This document shows, piece by piece, positions 1 to 9,534 of a stretch of 64,000 bases of DNA. Every line of letters starts with the position of its first letter. Positions within the stretch are counted from its first letter, which is position 1. The stretch comes from a virus. The stretch lies in IMG/VR virus record IMGVR_UViG_3300030117_006141, positions 1 through 64,000 of that record; one strand, 5' to 3'. Made by a program: the position numbers and the translations under genes. The notes beneath the pieces are model-generated. The model had not been told where the DNA came from. It saw nothing but the letters and a program-made list of their open reading frames with translations, and did not search any database.

Positions 1-428
1 GGCATTGCTCCTGGAGGAGGCATACCTGGTGGCATTGCTCCTGGAGGCATTCCTGCTTCTGGTCCCGGAGGAGGTGGCATTTGTGCTGCCATTGCTTCTT
101 GTTCTGCTGCTTCTTTTTCAGCCTTTTCTTGTTCTTCCTTAAATTCTTTATTTGCTTTATTCTTCAAATAATCATTTCTGGCTTTTACTACTTCAAATCT
201 AGTTTCTGCCGGCATTTTTTTAAGATCGTCTTCAGGGATATCTATACCTAGTGCCATATCTACTTCTAATTTACCCTGATCGTCTAGATCTTCATAAAAT
301 GGTGCAGGTGGTGGTCCTGGGGGTGGTCCTGGAGGTGGTCCTCCCATCATTGCTGGATCCATACCCGGAGGCGCTTGTTCAGCAATAAATCTTTTCCATG
401 CTTTATCAAATTTATAGTTTTTTGACAT
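1..428 (-). CDS. Pro/Gly/Met-rich protein, truncated by the window edge; probable internal head protein
   Basis: Not in the ORF track. ATG at 428 follows AGGAGG. It reads MSKNYKFDKAWKRFIAEQAPPGMDPAMMGGPPPGPPP... and stays open to position 1. The FIAE motif resembles T4 capsid-targeting leaders. Confidence 0.7.
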   Translation of the reverse strand, partial: MSKNYKFDKAWKRFIAEQAPPGMDPAMMGGPPPGPPPGPPPAPFYEDLDDQGKLEVDMALGIDIPEDDLKKMPAETRFEVVKARNDYLKNKANKEFKEEQEKAEKEAAEQEAMAAQMPPPPGPEAGMPPGAMPPGMPPPGAM

Positions 429-1275
429 CTTTTACCTCCTTGATAAGTTCATAAACCCTCATTAAAGATAATACATGATTATCCTTAACAGTTTTTGATG
501 AATTAATTTTATCTATTTGATTAATTACTTCATTAATTTTAATTTTAGTAACATCATCATTTATACGTTTTACACCTATTTCTAAAGCACTTTTAATTTT
601 AGGCAATTTTTTATCCACATACAATTTCATATTTTTAGGATTATTACCATTATTAACATATTCCTTCAATAATGCTTTCTGACTTCTAGATAATGAGCCA
701 TCATATTTTTCATTAAATTTATCAACCAATATTTTATAAGATAATAATCTTAAATCCTTATCTTGTGTAGAATATTCACTTATCATATTAGGGGCCTTGT
801 TAGGTTTTATATTATTTCCCACAATATGCTCAACTATAGTAAATTTATTTCTAACAACCTCTGCAGGGTTTGATAATTTAATATTATGCTCAAATAATTT
901 ATATATAGCAGCTAATGGAGTATAATTATTAATTTTCGTTCTAAAGAAATTATCCAAATTATAATTTGATTTAATCTCTTTAATTAAATTATACTTCTGT
1001 TTTCTAAGTGTCGTATTGTTTATTTTACGCCTTTCACCTATAACTACGTCTACTAAATACTGAGCTCTATCCTCTTTTTTATACTTTTCCTTCAATAATG
1101 TATTATATAAAACAAGTTCTCTCTTTAGCGCTGAACCATTTTTAAAGTTTTCTTTAATAATTTTCAGTGCCGGAGAATTTTCCTGATTATTCAATACATC
1201 CGAAGTCACTTGGCGTGTTAATAACTCGAATAACATACCTGTGTTTTTATATTTAGAATGTTTCATTTTTGCCAC
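412..1275 (-). CDS. Hypothetical phage protein downstream of portal (head-assembly region)
   Basis: 287 aa ORF with GTG start, AGGAG SD and its own late promoter at 1302-1310. Confidence 0.7.
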   Translation of the reverse strand: MAKMKHSKYKNTGMLFELLTRQVTSDVLNNQENSPALKIIKENFKNGSALKRELVLYNTLLKEKYKKEDRAQYLVDVVIGERRKINNTTLRKQKYNLIKEIKSNYNLDNFFRTKINNYTPLAAIYKLFEHNIKLSNPAEVVRNKFTIVEHIVGNNIKPNKAPNMISEYSTQDKDLRLLSYKILVDKFNEKYDGSLSRSQKALLKEYVNNGNNPKNMKLYVDKKLPKIKSALEIGVKRINDDVTKIKINEVINQIDKINSSKTVKDNHVLSLMRVYELIKEVKDVKKL

Positions 1276-1319
1276 TTAGTTTTCTCCTATATATACTCAA
1301 ATATAAATATGTGCCACCT

Positions 1320-3266
1320 TTAGTTTCCAGTAGAATCTTCGTCAAGAAGATTGCTTTCATCAAGTAAAGAACCTTTATCTTGATATTTTTTATCCGGTTT
1401 TTCAAAGGTTTCTGTAATTATATCCTTTTTTGTTGGCATACTATCTTTAATTTTACTAATTTGTTCCGTTCTTGACATGCCCTTTCTATCTGGGTGCATT
1501 TTAGCTCTTTTGGCTCCTTCAAATCCTAAAACATCTCTGCCTCTAGGATGGCCATCGGTTCCATAACTTCCTTCACCCTTACCCGGTTCATTTGGTCTTC
1601 CACCTTCACCACTTAATCCATACTTTCTTTCAAAATCAGTAGATCCTGCTGTTGTATAATCATCACCGTCAGAAGCTCTATCATCCATATCCATAAACTT
1701 TTCTTCAGGTTTAGGTCCTGGCATACCTGCCATTTGTAATGCCATCATATCATGTGCCGTTCCAAATGACTGTTTAGTTACCGCAACATCATTTCCTTCC
1801 ATTTCAATTTGACTAAATCTAAAGTTACGCTTAACATCATCTATTACTTTATCTTTTTCACCTCTCCATTCTTCTGGGCTCATCTTAAATATGTTTTCAT
1901 ATATCCATTCCTGAGAAAGCATTCTGTTACCTTTAAATGATTCTGCTAAACCTGCTTTTTGTTCCCATATAGCTAATTTTTCTTGCTCCGCAATCGTTGA
2001 TGGATTGTTTAATTGAATAGTAAAATCAACTAAAGCTTCATCCTTGAATCCTTGTGAATATAAATGAACTATAGCTATTTTTGTTAACTCAGAAACAACT
2101 ATTCTTTGCAATCTTTCTATTGTTCTCGCAAATCTTACATCTTCTGCTGCTAGAGTTGCCTTACCTTCTACATTTTCATCATATCCCAAAAATGCTCTGG
2201 GTACTCTTAAAGCAGCCATCATTCTAGATTTTAAATATTCCACATCATCAATATTAGGACCATCTAATCCAGGCAATTCAGAAACCTCAGTTCCTGATTG
2301 TCCGCCCCTAACAGGAAGATAAAAGTCTTCCATCATATTTTGAAGATTAAATTTTAGATTATATTGTCCCGATTGTTCGTCCACATATGGTGTTTTTTTC
2401 ATTTTACTGATAACAGTATTCATATACGAATCAACCTCATTAGGAGGAATATTACCAATATCTATTCTAAATATTCTTTTTGATGGGGCTCTCATTATTC
2501 TATGCAGCATCATTGCATCTTCCATAAGAGTTAATTGTTTCCATGTCTTTCTTGCCGGCTCGACCATTGATCTACCATAAGGCAGGAAATTTGTATCGGA
2601 TATTAGTCTAAAATGTGCTACCTCATATGATTCTAATTTTTTCTTTTTAGAAGATTTACCCATACTAGGCGTATTAGAAATACTAGCATCATGCCAAAAT
2701 ACAGTATACTCTGGTTTGTCCGGTTTTGTTCCTTCTTCTCTAAACATCTCATATGGTGATATAGGGGTTACATTGGTAATACCATACTTTTCCGTAATAT
2801 CAAATTTTAGATATGCATCCCCATATTTGCACATGTTACGTATCCAAGGCCATAAATTGAATTCTACATTTAATACGTCAAAAAATAAATTATGTAATAT
2901 TTTTTCTATCTCTTCCGAACCGGCTGATATATTTAATATGTCCCCAAATTCATTTTTTGTAGTACATTCATCGGCATAAATATCTAATGCAGATGAAATT
3001 ATAGAATCCTCATCCATTGTTTCATAATCATTAAATAGATTCATTCGTTGCGTATCATAATTTGCTGATGAGTATTGTGAGCCGTAGCTACTGGGCGATC
3101 CATGTAATCTATTATATCTATCTATGACCCTATTTGTAGCTAAATTGCCACCCGATTGTAATCTTGATGTGTCAACTACTTTAAGTTTATTTTCACCAGT
3201 TCGTCTTATAATAACACCTGTTGAAAATAATTTTTTTAATCTTGTAAATAAGCCTTTATCAGCCAT
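1320..3266 (-). CDS. Portal protein, T4 gp20-like
   Basis: Motifs YGRSMVEPAR, QLTLMEDAMMLHRIMRAP, RIFRIDIGNIPP, EDFYLPVRG and GTEVSELPG. Adjacent to the terminase. Confidence 0.95.
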   Translation of the reverse strand: MADKGLFTRLKKLFSTGVIIRRTGENKLKVVDTSRLQSGGNLATNRVIDRYNRLHGSPSSYGSQYSSANYDTQRMNLFNDYETMDEDSIISSALDIYADECTTKNEFGDILNISAGSEEIEKILHNLFFDVLNVEFNLWPWIRNMCKYGDAYLKFDITEKYGITNVTPISPYEMFREEGTKPDKPEYTVFWHDASISNTPSMGKSSKKKKLESYEVAHFRLISDTNFLPYGRSMVEPARKTWKQLTLMEDAMMLHRIMRAPSKRIFRIDIGNIPPNEVDSYMNTVISKMKKTPYVDEQSGQYNLKFNLQNMMEDFYLPVRGGQSGTEVSELPGLDGPNIDDVEYLKSRMMAALRVPRAFLGYDENVEGKATLAAEDVRFARTIERLQRIVVSELTKIAIVHLYSQGFKDEALVDFTIQLNNPSTIAEQEKLAIWEQKAGLAESFKGNRMLSQEWIYENIFKMSPEEWRGEKDKVIDDVKRNFRFSQIEMEGNDVAVTKQSFGTAHDMMALQMAGMPGPKPEEKFMDMDDRASDGDDYTTAGSTDFERKYGLSGEGGRPNEPGKGEGSYGTDGHPRGRDVLGFEGAKRAKMHPDRKGMSRTEQISKIKDSMPTKKDIITETFEKPDKKYQDKGSLLDESNLLDEDSTGN

Positions 3267-3288
3267 AATAATTCTCCTTTAATAACCT

Positions 3289-4875
3289 TTATTTAATCAA
3301 CCAAGTCAAATCTTCTTTGCCATGTCGACCTAAATCCATTTCCCATGGATTTTTTTGTAAATTCTTTTGTGTATAAATTGCCGCGTTTGATTTTGTTTTA
3401 CCCATACTATTTAATGATGCTTTATTTAGGGCCAATCCTTGCTGTCTTAATTTCAGCGCAGTATCTCTAACAAATAACCCAATACTAAAGGCCATTACTA
3501 AATCATCATTATACCCATTTTGTGCTTCGGCCCTCTGACCATTCCAAATAAATACAAAGAGTTCATCTAATAATCTTTTAGAACGCACTATGCATTCTTT
3601 TTCTCTAAAATAAATATCTAGTTTTGATATCAAAAGAGGCCTTGTCCTTGCTGAAGTTGTAAATCCAGCTACCATTTGAGCTTTATCTTTTAAATCATAT
3701 GTTTTTCTTAAATGGACATCGGGATCAGTATATCCATCCTGTTTATATGTATAATATAAATTCTTATATTCTCTGTCTATAGCTGGTTGTATTGCTGCCC
3801 AACCGACATTAGCATTTTCAATAACTAATAATGCATCATTATATTCTGTTGCAACATTTACCAACATATTACCAAATTCTTTTGTTGGTACTTGGCCTTT
3901 GAATTCCGCAACTTGAGTAACAGTTTCTACATCGAATACATGAAATGCTGAATAATCACTACTATCTCCTCTCGCAACATCAGCTACCACCATATAGTCC
4001 CTGGAATAATCGCACTGCTCCCATACCCAAAAATTCTTTTCATTACCCCTCATTTCTACAGGGTCCTTCATATATGTAGCTTTATAATATTCTAAGGTTG
4101 CAAAATCAACAACCGAATTACCCGATGCTAAGAAATCACAATCACATTCTTGTGCAGCCATTTTTGGTCCAAGCAATTCATCTTGTTGATCTCTCCAATC
4201 TTGTTCCCTTTCTGGGTGTAATGACCAGTGTAATTTTATTGTATTAAATCTATTTTCACCTGCTTCGGCTTTTACCCATTGTTTGTGGAAAAAATTTCCA
4301 ACACCGTTTGGAGTTGATAATACTATTGCCCCACCTCCAGTTGCTAGTGTTTGTTGTGATGATGCCCATATATCATCTATTCTATCGATAAATGCTGCTT
4401 CATCTAATACTAATAATGATAAGGCTTCCGATCTACCTGCATCACCGCCTGAAGAAATTGCTTTAATTTGAGACCCATTAGCTAATCTTAATGATAGTTT
4501 ATTATCTTCTACCGTTTGTCCCTTCAACCAGCTAGGTAATCCATCATGCATAATTCTAACTTTTGTTACAAGATTTTTTGCTACATCTTGCTTTGTTGCA
4601 ATTACAAGAACATTTTTATCACGCTTAAATATCATCATCCATAAAGAATATCCCGCGGTCAGTGTAGAAATTCCTAACTGTCTGGATTTTAATATAATAT
4701 TATAATCATGATTTTTGAATTCAGTCAAACATCTTTCCTGAAACGGATACAGATGGAAAGGTATTTTACCTCTCTGTGGGTGTTGGATCACACAATATTT
4801 TTTCATAAAATATATGGGATCCTTAGCACATTTAATGTATTCTTTTTTTATTATGTCTTTTATGTTCTTTGCCAT
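3289..4875 (-). CDS. Terminase large subunit, T4 gp17-like
   Basis: Walker A-like KSRQLGIST, Walker B LVLDEAAF, coupling motif LSTPNG, and nuclease motifs ADVARG..DYS and NDDLVMA. Confidence 0.95.
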   Translation of the reverse strand: MAKNIKDIIKKEYIKCAKDPIYFMKKYCVIQHPQRGKIPFHLYPFQERCLTEFKNHDYNIILKSRQLGISTLTAGYSLWMMIFKRDKNVLVIATKQDVAKNLVTKVRIMHDGLPSWLKGQTVEDNKLSLRLANGSQIKAISSGGDAGRSEALSLLVLDEAAFIDRIDDIWASSQQTLATGGGAIVLSTPNGVGNFFHKQWVKAEAGENRFNTIKLHWSLHPEREQDWRDQQDELLGPKMAAQECDCDFLASGNSVVDFATLEYYKATYMKDPVEMRGNEKNFWVWEQCDYSRDYMVVADVARGDSSDYSAFHVFDVETVTQVAEFKGQVPTKEFGNMLVNVATEYNDALLVIENANVGWAAIQPAIDREYKNLYYTYKQDGYTDPDVHLRKTYDLKDKAQMVAGFTTSARTRPLLISKLDIYFREKECIVRSKRLLDELFVFIWNGQRAEAQNGYNDDLVMAFSIGLFVRDTALKLRQQGLALNKASLNSMGKTKSNAAIYTQKNLQKNPWEMDLGRHGKEDLTWLIK

Positions 4876-4881
4876 GCTATA

Positions 4882-4900
4882 TATAAATATATATAAATAT
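4882..4900 (-). promoter_or_regulatory. Putative late promoter ATATTTAT[A/T] (tandem pair; representative of about 13 sites)
   Basis: The same motif occurs just upstream of minus-strand genes at 1302, 7078, 9527, 14760, 22052, 28442, 30208, 42370, 46276, 53448 and 53705, with a variant at 62807. Confidence 0.75.
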
Positions 4901-4912
4901 AAAAATTAATAT

Positions 4913-5293
4913 TTAATTACCCAATTGTCCTGCTAAATAAATTGCTGTTGATGTGCTTACTACTCCAACAACTACACCAAACCATCTTTTATTATACCAC
5001 TTATCGGTTAATTTTAATCTATCTGCATATAGTTTAATTTGGTTATTTAGTAAAATAATTTCTTGATCTTTGTTTAATAATATAGATTCATTTTTTGCAT
5101 TTAATGTTCTAAAATTATCTAATTGTAATTCTAAATCAGTTATCAAAAGGGTTTTGATTGAGTCTTGCTGTTCCAATGTGTCAACTGCTAAAAAGAAAGC
5201 GTCTAATTCTGATTGAGGAATTTTAACAATTTTGTCTTGTGCAAAACAGTTTAATGATATAATCATTGTTAATATAAATAATAAATGTTTCAT
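4913..5293 (-). CDS. Signal peptide, coiled coil and C-terminal TM protein (possible spanin-like lysis protein)
   Basis: N-terminal signal ends CFA|Q, followed by a heptad-rich middle and a hydrophobic C-terminal helix. Confidence 0.45.
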   Translation of the reverse strand: MKHLLFILTMIISLNCFAQDKIVKIPQSELDAFFLAVDTLEQQDSIKTLLITDLELQLDNFRTLNAKNESILLNKDQEIILLNNQIKLYADRLKLTDKWYNKRWFGVVVGVVSTSTAIYLAGQLGN

Positions 5294-5589
5294 TATTTTT
5301 TACTCCTATACTTTTTCTTAAAATCAGATACTGTTTTTTTAGCTGATTTTGTTGTTTTAACTTTTGATTTTGTTTTCTTTATTTTAGTATCTGTTTTAGA
5401 TATCTTTTCTTTGACAGCTTTCTTCTCTTTCTCTAATTCCTTACCTACTTTTTTAACATCCTTTAATTTTTTCTTATTATCTTTAAGATCTTTTTTGAAC
5501 TGTTTTTTGCTACCCGATTTTGCTGTTAGTGCAAACACACCTGCTACAATAGCAAATATGCCTAAAATAATTTTCCATAACTTTTTCAT
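5293..5589 (-). CDS. N-terminal TM plus Lys-rich coiled-coil protein (possible spanin-like)
   Basis: TM segment IILGIFAIVAGVFAL, then a very basic helical tail. Confidence 0.45.
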   Translation of the reverse strand: MKKLWKIILGIFAIVAGVFALTAKSGSKKQFKKDLKDNKKKLKDVKKVGKELEKEKKAVKEKISKTDTKIKKTKSKVKTTKSAKKTVSDFKKKYRSKK

Positions 5590-5590
5590 A

Positions 5591-5878
5591 TTATATCTCC
5601 GTTGGATCTATTGGTTCGCCCATTAATGCTCTATTAAAAACATCTTCTGCTTTTTGTACTTTCTTATGTAGGGCTATTAATTCTTTTTTTAATTTTTCTC
5701 GTTTTTTTGGATTCTTTTCGTTGACAAATTTCTTTTTGAGATTTTGCTGTTTTACCATTAAATCTTGATAATTTTCTGTTGCCTTGCGAAACCCTTTAGT
5801 CATACGCATCTCATTTAAACGCTGAAGTTCCTCACTAATAATTTGTTTTATAGTTGATATTTTCATAATTAATCCCAA
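5591..5878 (-). CDS. Small helical protein with IKQIISEE..LNE leader; probable internal head protein
   Basis: The likely start is the second Met at 5866. The leader motif is shared with 6654..7073 and 41872..42351. Confidence 0.5.
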   Translation of the reverse strand: MGLIMKISTIKQIISEELQRLNEMRMTKGFRKATENYQDLMVKQQNLKKKFVNEKNPKKREKLKKELIALHKKVQKAEDVFNRALMGEPIDPTEI

Positions 5879-6081
5879 AATATTAATTTAGCAATTATAC
5901 CTAATAATGCTACCCAAATAGACCACAATGTTTTTTGCGTATTTTTTCTAAATGTGGTATTATTATTAACCCGTGCTACTGTGCCATCATCCGGATCCAA
6001 TAGTCTGATTTTTATTTCTCGAACATCTTGTTTAAGTTCTAATATTTCTTGATGCAATTGCTCGTTAGTTAGTCGTGCCAT
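5869..6081 (-). CDS. Small coiled-coil plus C-terminal TM protein (holin/XhlA-like topology)
   Basis: C-terminal TM segment LWSIWVALLGIIAKLIFW. Confidence 0.45.
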   Translation of the reverse strand: MARLTNEQLHQEILELKQDVREIKIRLLDPDDGTVARVNNNTTFRKNTQKTLWSIWVALLGIIAKLIFWD

Positions 6082-6643
6082 TTTTTTCCCACTTTTCTTC
6101 GAAATCCTTTATTTGCTTATTAAACGATTCCTTCAAATATTGTTTACTATATCCACCAGACCATGTTTCTGTATCTCCGGCTTCTGTAATAAAATGCTGG
6201 TTTTCTATGTTATCTAAATATTCTACTACCCTTATTTTTAAATCCTTAATAAAAGAATCTACGTTAGCTCTTTTTGTTTCGTCCTGATATTTATCCCACT
6301 CATCATTAATTCTAATTTGATGCTCATCATCTACTACACAATCAAAACATTTTTTACGCAGTTTCCAAAATTTCTTATCTAACTTTTTTCTCATTCTATT
6401 ATTACACTGAGGACAACAAATTGGCATCAAGACTGCGTCTCTTACTGCTTGTAGCTTAGGTATATTCTGTTTTATACCATTTTTAATTGTCCAAGTTTTT
6501 CCCCTTTCTTCCCAAACATCACCTTCACCATAACTTTCATTTACTTTTTTATAACCTTGCATAATTGCAGTCTTGTTATTGAATTTCTTCGTAACAAGAT
6601 TACGCATACGCTGAACCTTTCGTTCACTTATTGCTTTTTTCAA
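6065..6643 (-). CDS. Putative Zn-binding protein
   Basis: CPQC...CFDC. TTG start with AGGAG SD. Confidence 0.6.
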   Translation of the reverse strand: MKKAISERKVQRMRNLVTKKFNNKTAIMQGYKKVNESYGEGDVWEERGKTWTIKNGIKQNIPKLQAVRDAVLMPICCPQCNNRMRKKLDKKFWKLRKKCFDCVVDDEHQIRINDEWDKYQDETKRANVDSFIKDLKIRVVEYLDNIENQHFITEAGDTETWSGGYSKQYLKESFNKQIKDFEEKWEKNGTTN

Positions 6644-6653
6644 TTATTTTCTC

Positions 6654-7073
6654 CTAAAACTCAGTACTATTAATTTTCATCTGTGAATATAGAGTCATTA
6701 AAGCTTTTTGTACTTTACCAAGATCTTTTTTAATTTTTCTATATCCCTCAGGCGACTTCATCTTCATCTTGATTTTTGCGACATCTAAGTGTTTAAGTCC
6801 TTCCTTAAAATCCTTTTCCCAGGAATAAACTTTCATTTTAGGTGCCTGTTCATTCAAGGCACTAGATACCTCTTCTTTTATAATTTGCTGTAATCTTTTT
6901 TTATCCATCTTTGTATTCTCCGGTATTAATTTTTTAATACGAAATTTTAGAATAGGTCTACCGTTGATGGTTGGTTGTCCCTTTTCATCAGTTCCAAATT
7001 CTTTTACTTCAACCGGCTTGTTTTTGAACCTACCAGTTAGTATTATATCGCCTATATTTAAGTCTAGTTTCAT
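6654..7073 (-). CDS. Hypothetical protein with internal LQQIIKEE..LNE motif
   Basis: 139 aa ORF directly behind the late promoter at 7078-7086. Confidence 0.6.
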   Translation of the reverse strand: MKLDLNIGDIILTGRFKNKPVEVKEFGTDEKGQPTINGRPILKFRIKKLIPENTKMDKKRLQQIIKEEVSSALNEQAPKMKVYSWEKDFKEGLKHLDVAKIKMKMKSPEGYRKIKKDLGKVQKALMTLYSQMKINSTEF

Positions 7074-7086
7074 TATATATAAATAT

Positions 7087-9522
7087 TTATAAACTTAATA
7101 AAGCACCAGTTATTTGATTAATTGGTGCAAAAGTCCCTGTTAATTTGTATGTTTTGCCGCCATAAATGAATACTAATCCTTCGGTTGGCACTACTGCTTT
7201 CCATCCACCTATAGCTTTAATTTTATTTAGGTTATCCTTAACCTTATTTATCTTCTTTAGATCGCCCGATCCTTTAACTGCCTTAACAGCTGTTGCAACT
7301 TTTTTACGCATTGCTTGAATTGCTTTATTTGGATTTGCGGCTAAAAATCCTTCTGTGTTCTTTAATATTTCTGCGCCTAGTTCAAAAAATAGTAACTCAA
7401 ATGGCAACATATTTTTCTTTACCTGCACAGCATGATTTTCTTTGTCTATTTTTTTAGCCCATTCTAATGTTTTTTCATCTTCTATAAATTTACCATTAAT
7501 TCTAAATGACTTATCAAAGAATGCCCATCTTTTAGTTAATCCGACCAATATATTATTGTTAACCTTTGAAGGCGCTTTTTTATTTATAAAATCTTCCCAC
7601 CATGATTGATGATAAACAGCAAACTCATCACTATCCTTTAGATCAAATTCTTTCATTAATTTATTTAATTTAGATACAAAGTAATTTCTTCGTTTTCCGA
7701 AATCTTGGCTTTTTATTGTTTTTAATGGATTTGGCCCAATAATCTTAAAAGTCTTCTGCAATTGTTGATTTACTTGTTTAATCATCCCCGCTAACATTCT
7801 ACCACTATCTCTTACTGTTCCAACCGGTCTTCCATCCTTATATTTTAATGCACCATGGAATTGTAGATATGGGGCATCATATACTATTACATTAACACTA
7901 TCTGGATACATAATTTCCATATTCATCCAATTATTTCCATTATCAAATATTTTTATTTGTTGCTTGTCTGATAGTTTTCCTATAGCTTTATCTAAATCCT
8001 TGAATGCTCCTACAAATGCTTTATATAATGGACCTCTTCCTTTAAATTTAGCTGCTATATCTCTACCCGACATTCCACCTCTTTTTATATCACCTGCATT
8101 TCTAGCTGCCTTTAGGGATCCATCCCATGTGATAAATAAATTTTGTCCATCGGTTTTTTCAGTAGCAGTTTGTTCTATACTTAAATTACCTTGAAGAGAT
8201 AATTCTATCATTTTTTTGAAATCACTAAACTTTAAGTCTTTATCATCGAAAGGGTGTGCCATGTGGCCATATGCTCCACCTTCGGTTATTAATTTCCTAG
8301 CTTCCCCTGCCAACCAAGTATTTATATTTTCTTTTATATCTTTACCCCTATCATCGATTGCAGGAACCATATCAACATCCTTTCCTTTCTCCATATCCTT
8401 CTGAGACTTTTTAGTAATCTTAGTAAGTTTTTTAATCATAGATGGAGTTGGTTCTTCTTTCTTTCTTAGTCTTTCACCTTTACTATCTTTCTTAACATCT
8501 TCAGCCCCCAGGAAATTAACAAATTCCCAACCAACCGTTTTTGCTACTTTAGTTATATGCTTTTTCCATTTATTATATGCCGCGGCCCCAACTCTTCCTT
8601 CACCTTTATAATCATCCCTTACTTCAGGCTGAGCAATTCCAGTTGGTGCATATGAGACAGGGCCCACAGGACCATTTGGATATTTAGTTCCATAGGTTTC
8701 AAATTTTTTCATATCGCCTACTATATAATCAACAACTTCCCAACCCAATCTTGCCGCACCTTCTTCTGAACGTTTCTTATATCCCTTGTGACTTGTTCTC
8801 CAATATCTCGGGCCATCATCTGTTGGGAGGCCTCCCGAAGTTGTATCTGTTCTAGACACCTCTGAAATTAATTGTTTGATATCTACAGCACAACAAAATC
8901 CTTCCATCACTTCATTTAATTTTTCAAGTTTATTAATTATAAGATTGTAATTTTTCGTATGACCAAATATACCTTTGAATATTTTTTTCTTATCCGCTTG
9001 ATCTGTATCCTTATCACCTAAAGCTTTACGAATAGCTGTTCCGCTCATTTCTCCTTGACCCGGGACATTTAATTTTACGTGAGGGGCTATAATTGTATAA
9101 GCTCCATCTCTATATCCTACCTCGGCTTTTCCTTTCCATGGTCTGAAAAATCTGCCACCCAATCTTTGTGCATCCTTTTTTCCGACTGCAAATATAACCG
9201 CAGTAGTTTTTGGATCATACTTTTTTAATATTTCTTCGGCTTTATATGGATTTTTTACCTGGGCTACTTTTTGGATTCCATGAGAATTAATTATTTTTTT
9301 CTTTTCATTAAAATTAAATGGAGATTTTGGTAAATCCACCTTATTACTTGTAGCTACCCAAACCTCACCAAATTTTTTAACTAATTGTTTATATACCTGA
9401 GCATGATGTTTGCCCATAGGCTGAAATCGTCCGGGGTATATAACTACAGTTTTAGTTATATTTGCCTGTTCTGCTATAATGTTATCGGCTAACCAATTGC
9501 CCAAGTTCATAGTATTCTCCAT
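7087..9522 (-). CDS. Fusion of an N-terminal HIGH-class (cytidylyl/adenylyl-transferase-like) nucleotidyltransferase and a C-terminal ATP-dependent ligase-like domain
   Basis: N-terminal motifs YPGRFQPMGKHH and MSGTAIR. C-terminal motifs EKTDG (I), NMEI, QFHG, EGLVF (IV) and YKLTG (V). The probable start is 9510, after GGAG. Confidence 0.7.
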   Translation of the reverse strand: MENTMNLGNWLADNIIAEQANITKTVVIYPGRFQPMGKHHAQVYKQLVKKFGEVWVATSNKVDLPKSPFNFNEKKKIINSHGIQKVAQVKNPYKAEEILKKYDPKTTAVIFAVGKKDAQRLGGRFFRPWKGKAEVGYRDGAYTIIAPHVKLNVPGQGEMSGTAIRKALGDKDTDQADKKKIFKGIFGHTKNYNLIINKLEKLNEVMEGFCCAVDIKQLISEVSRTDTTSGGLPTDDGPRYWRTSHKGYKKRSEEGAARLGWEVVDYIVGDMKKFETYGTKYPNGPVGPVSYAPTGIAQPEVRDDYKGEGRVGAAAYNKWKKHITKVAKTVGWEFVNFLGAEDVKKDSKGERLRKKEEPTPSMIKKLTKITKKSQKDMEKGKDVDMVPAIDDRGKDIKENINTWLAGEARKLITEGGAYGHMAHPFDDKDLKFSDFKKMIELSLQGNLSIEQTATEKTDGQNLFITWDGSLKAARNAGDIKRGGMSGRDIAAKFKGRGPLYKAFVGAFKDLDKAIGKLSDKQQIKIFDNGNNWMNMEIMYPDSVNVIVYDAPYLQFHGALKYKDGRPVGTVRDSGRMLAGMIKQVNQQLQKTFKIIGPNPLKTIKSQDFGKRRNYFVSKLNKLMKEFDLKDSDEFAVYHQSWWEDFINKKAPSKVNNNILVGLTKRWAFFDKSFRINGKFIEDEKTLEWAKKIDKENHAVQVKKNMLPFELLFFELGAEILKNTEGFLAANPNKAIQAMRKKVATAVKAVKGSGDLKKINKVKDNLNKIKAIGGWKAVVPTEGLVFIYGGKTYKLTGTFAPINQITGALLSL

Positions 9523-9534
9523 ATATTATAAATA

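Noticed and set aside
1320-4875. Introns or inteins in portal or terminase
   Set aside because: Both ORFs are continuous and of normal length, with no splicing motifs.
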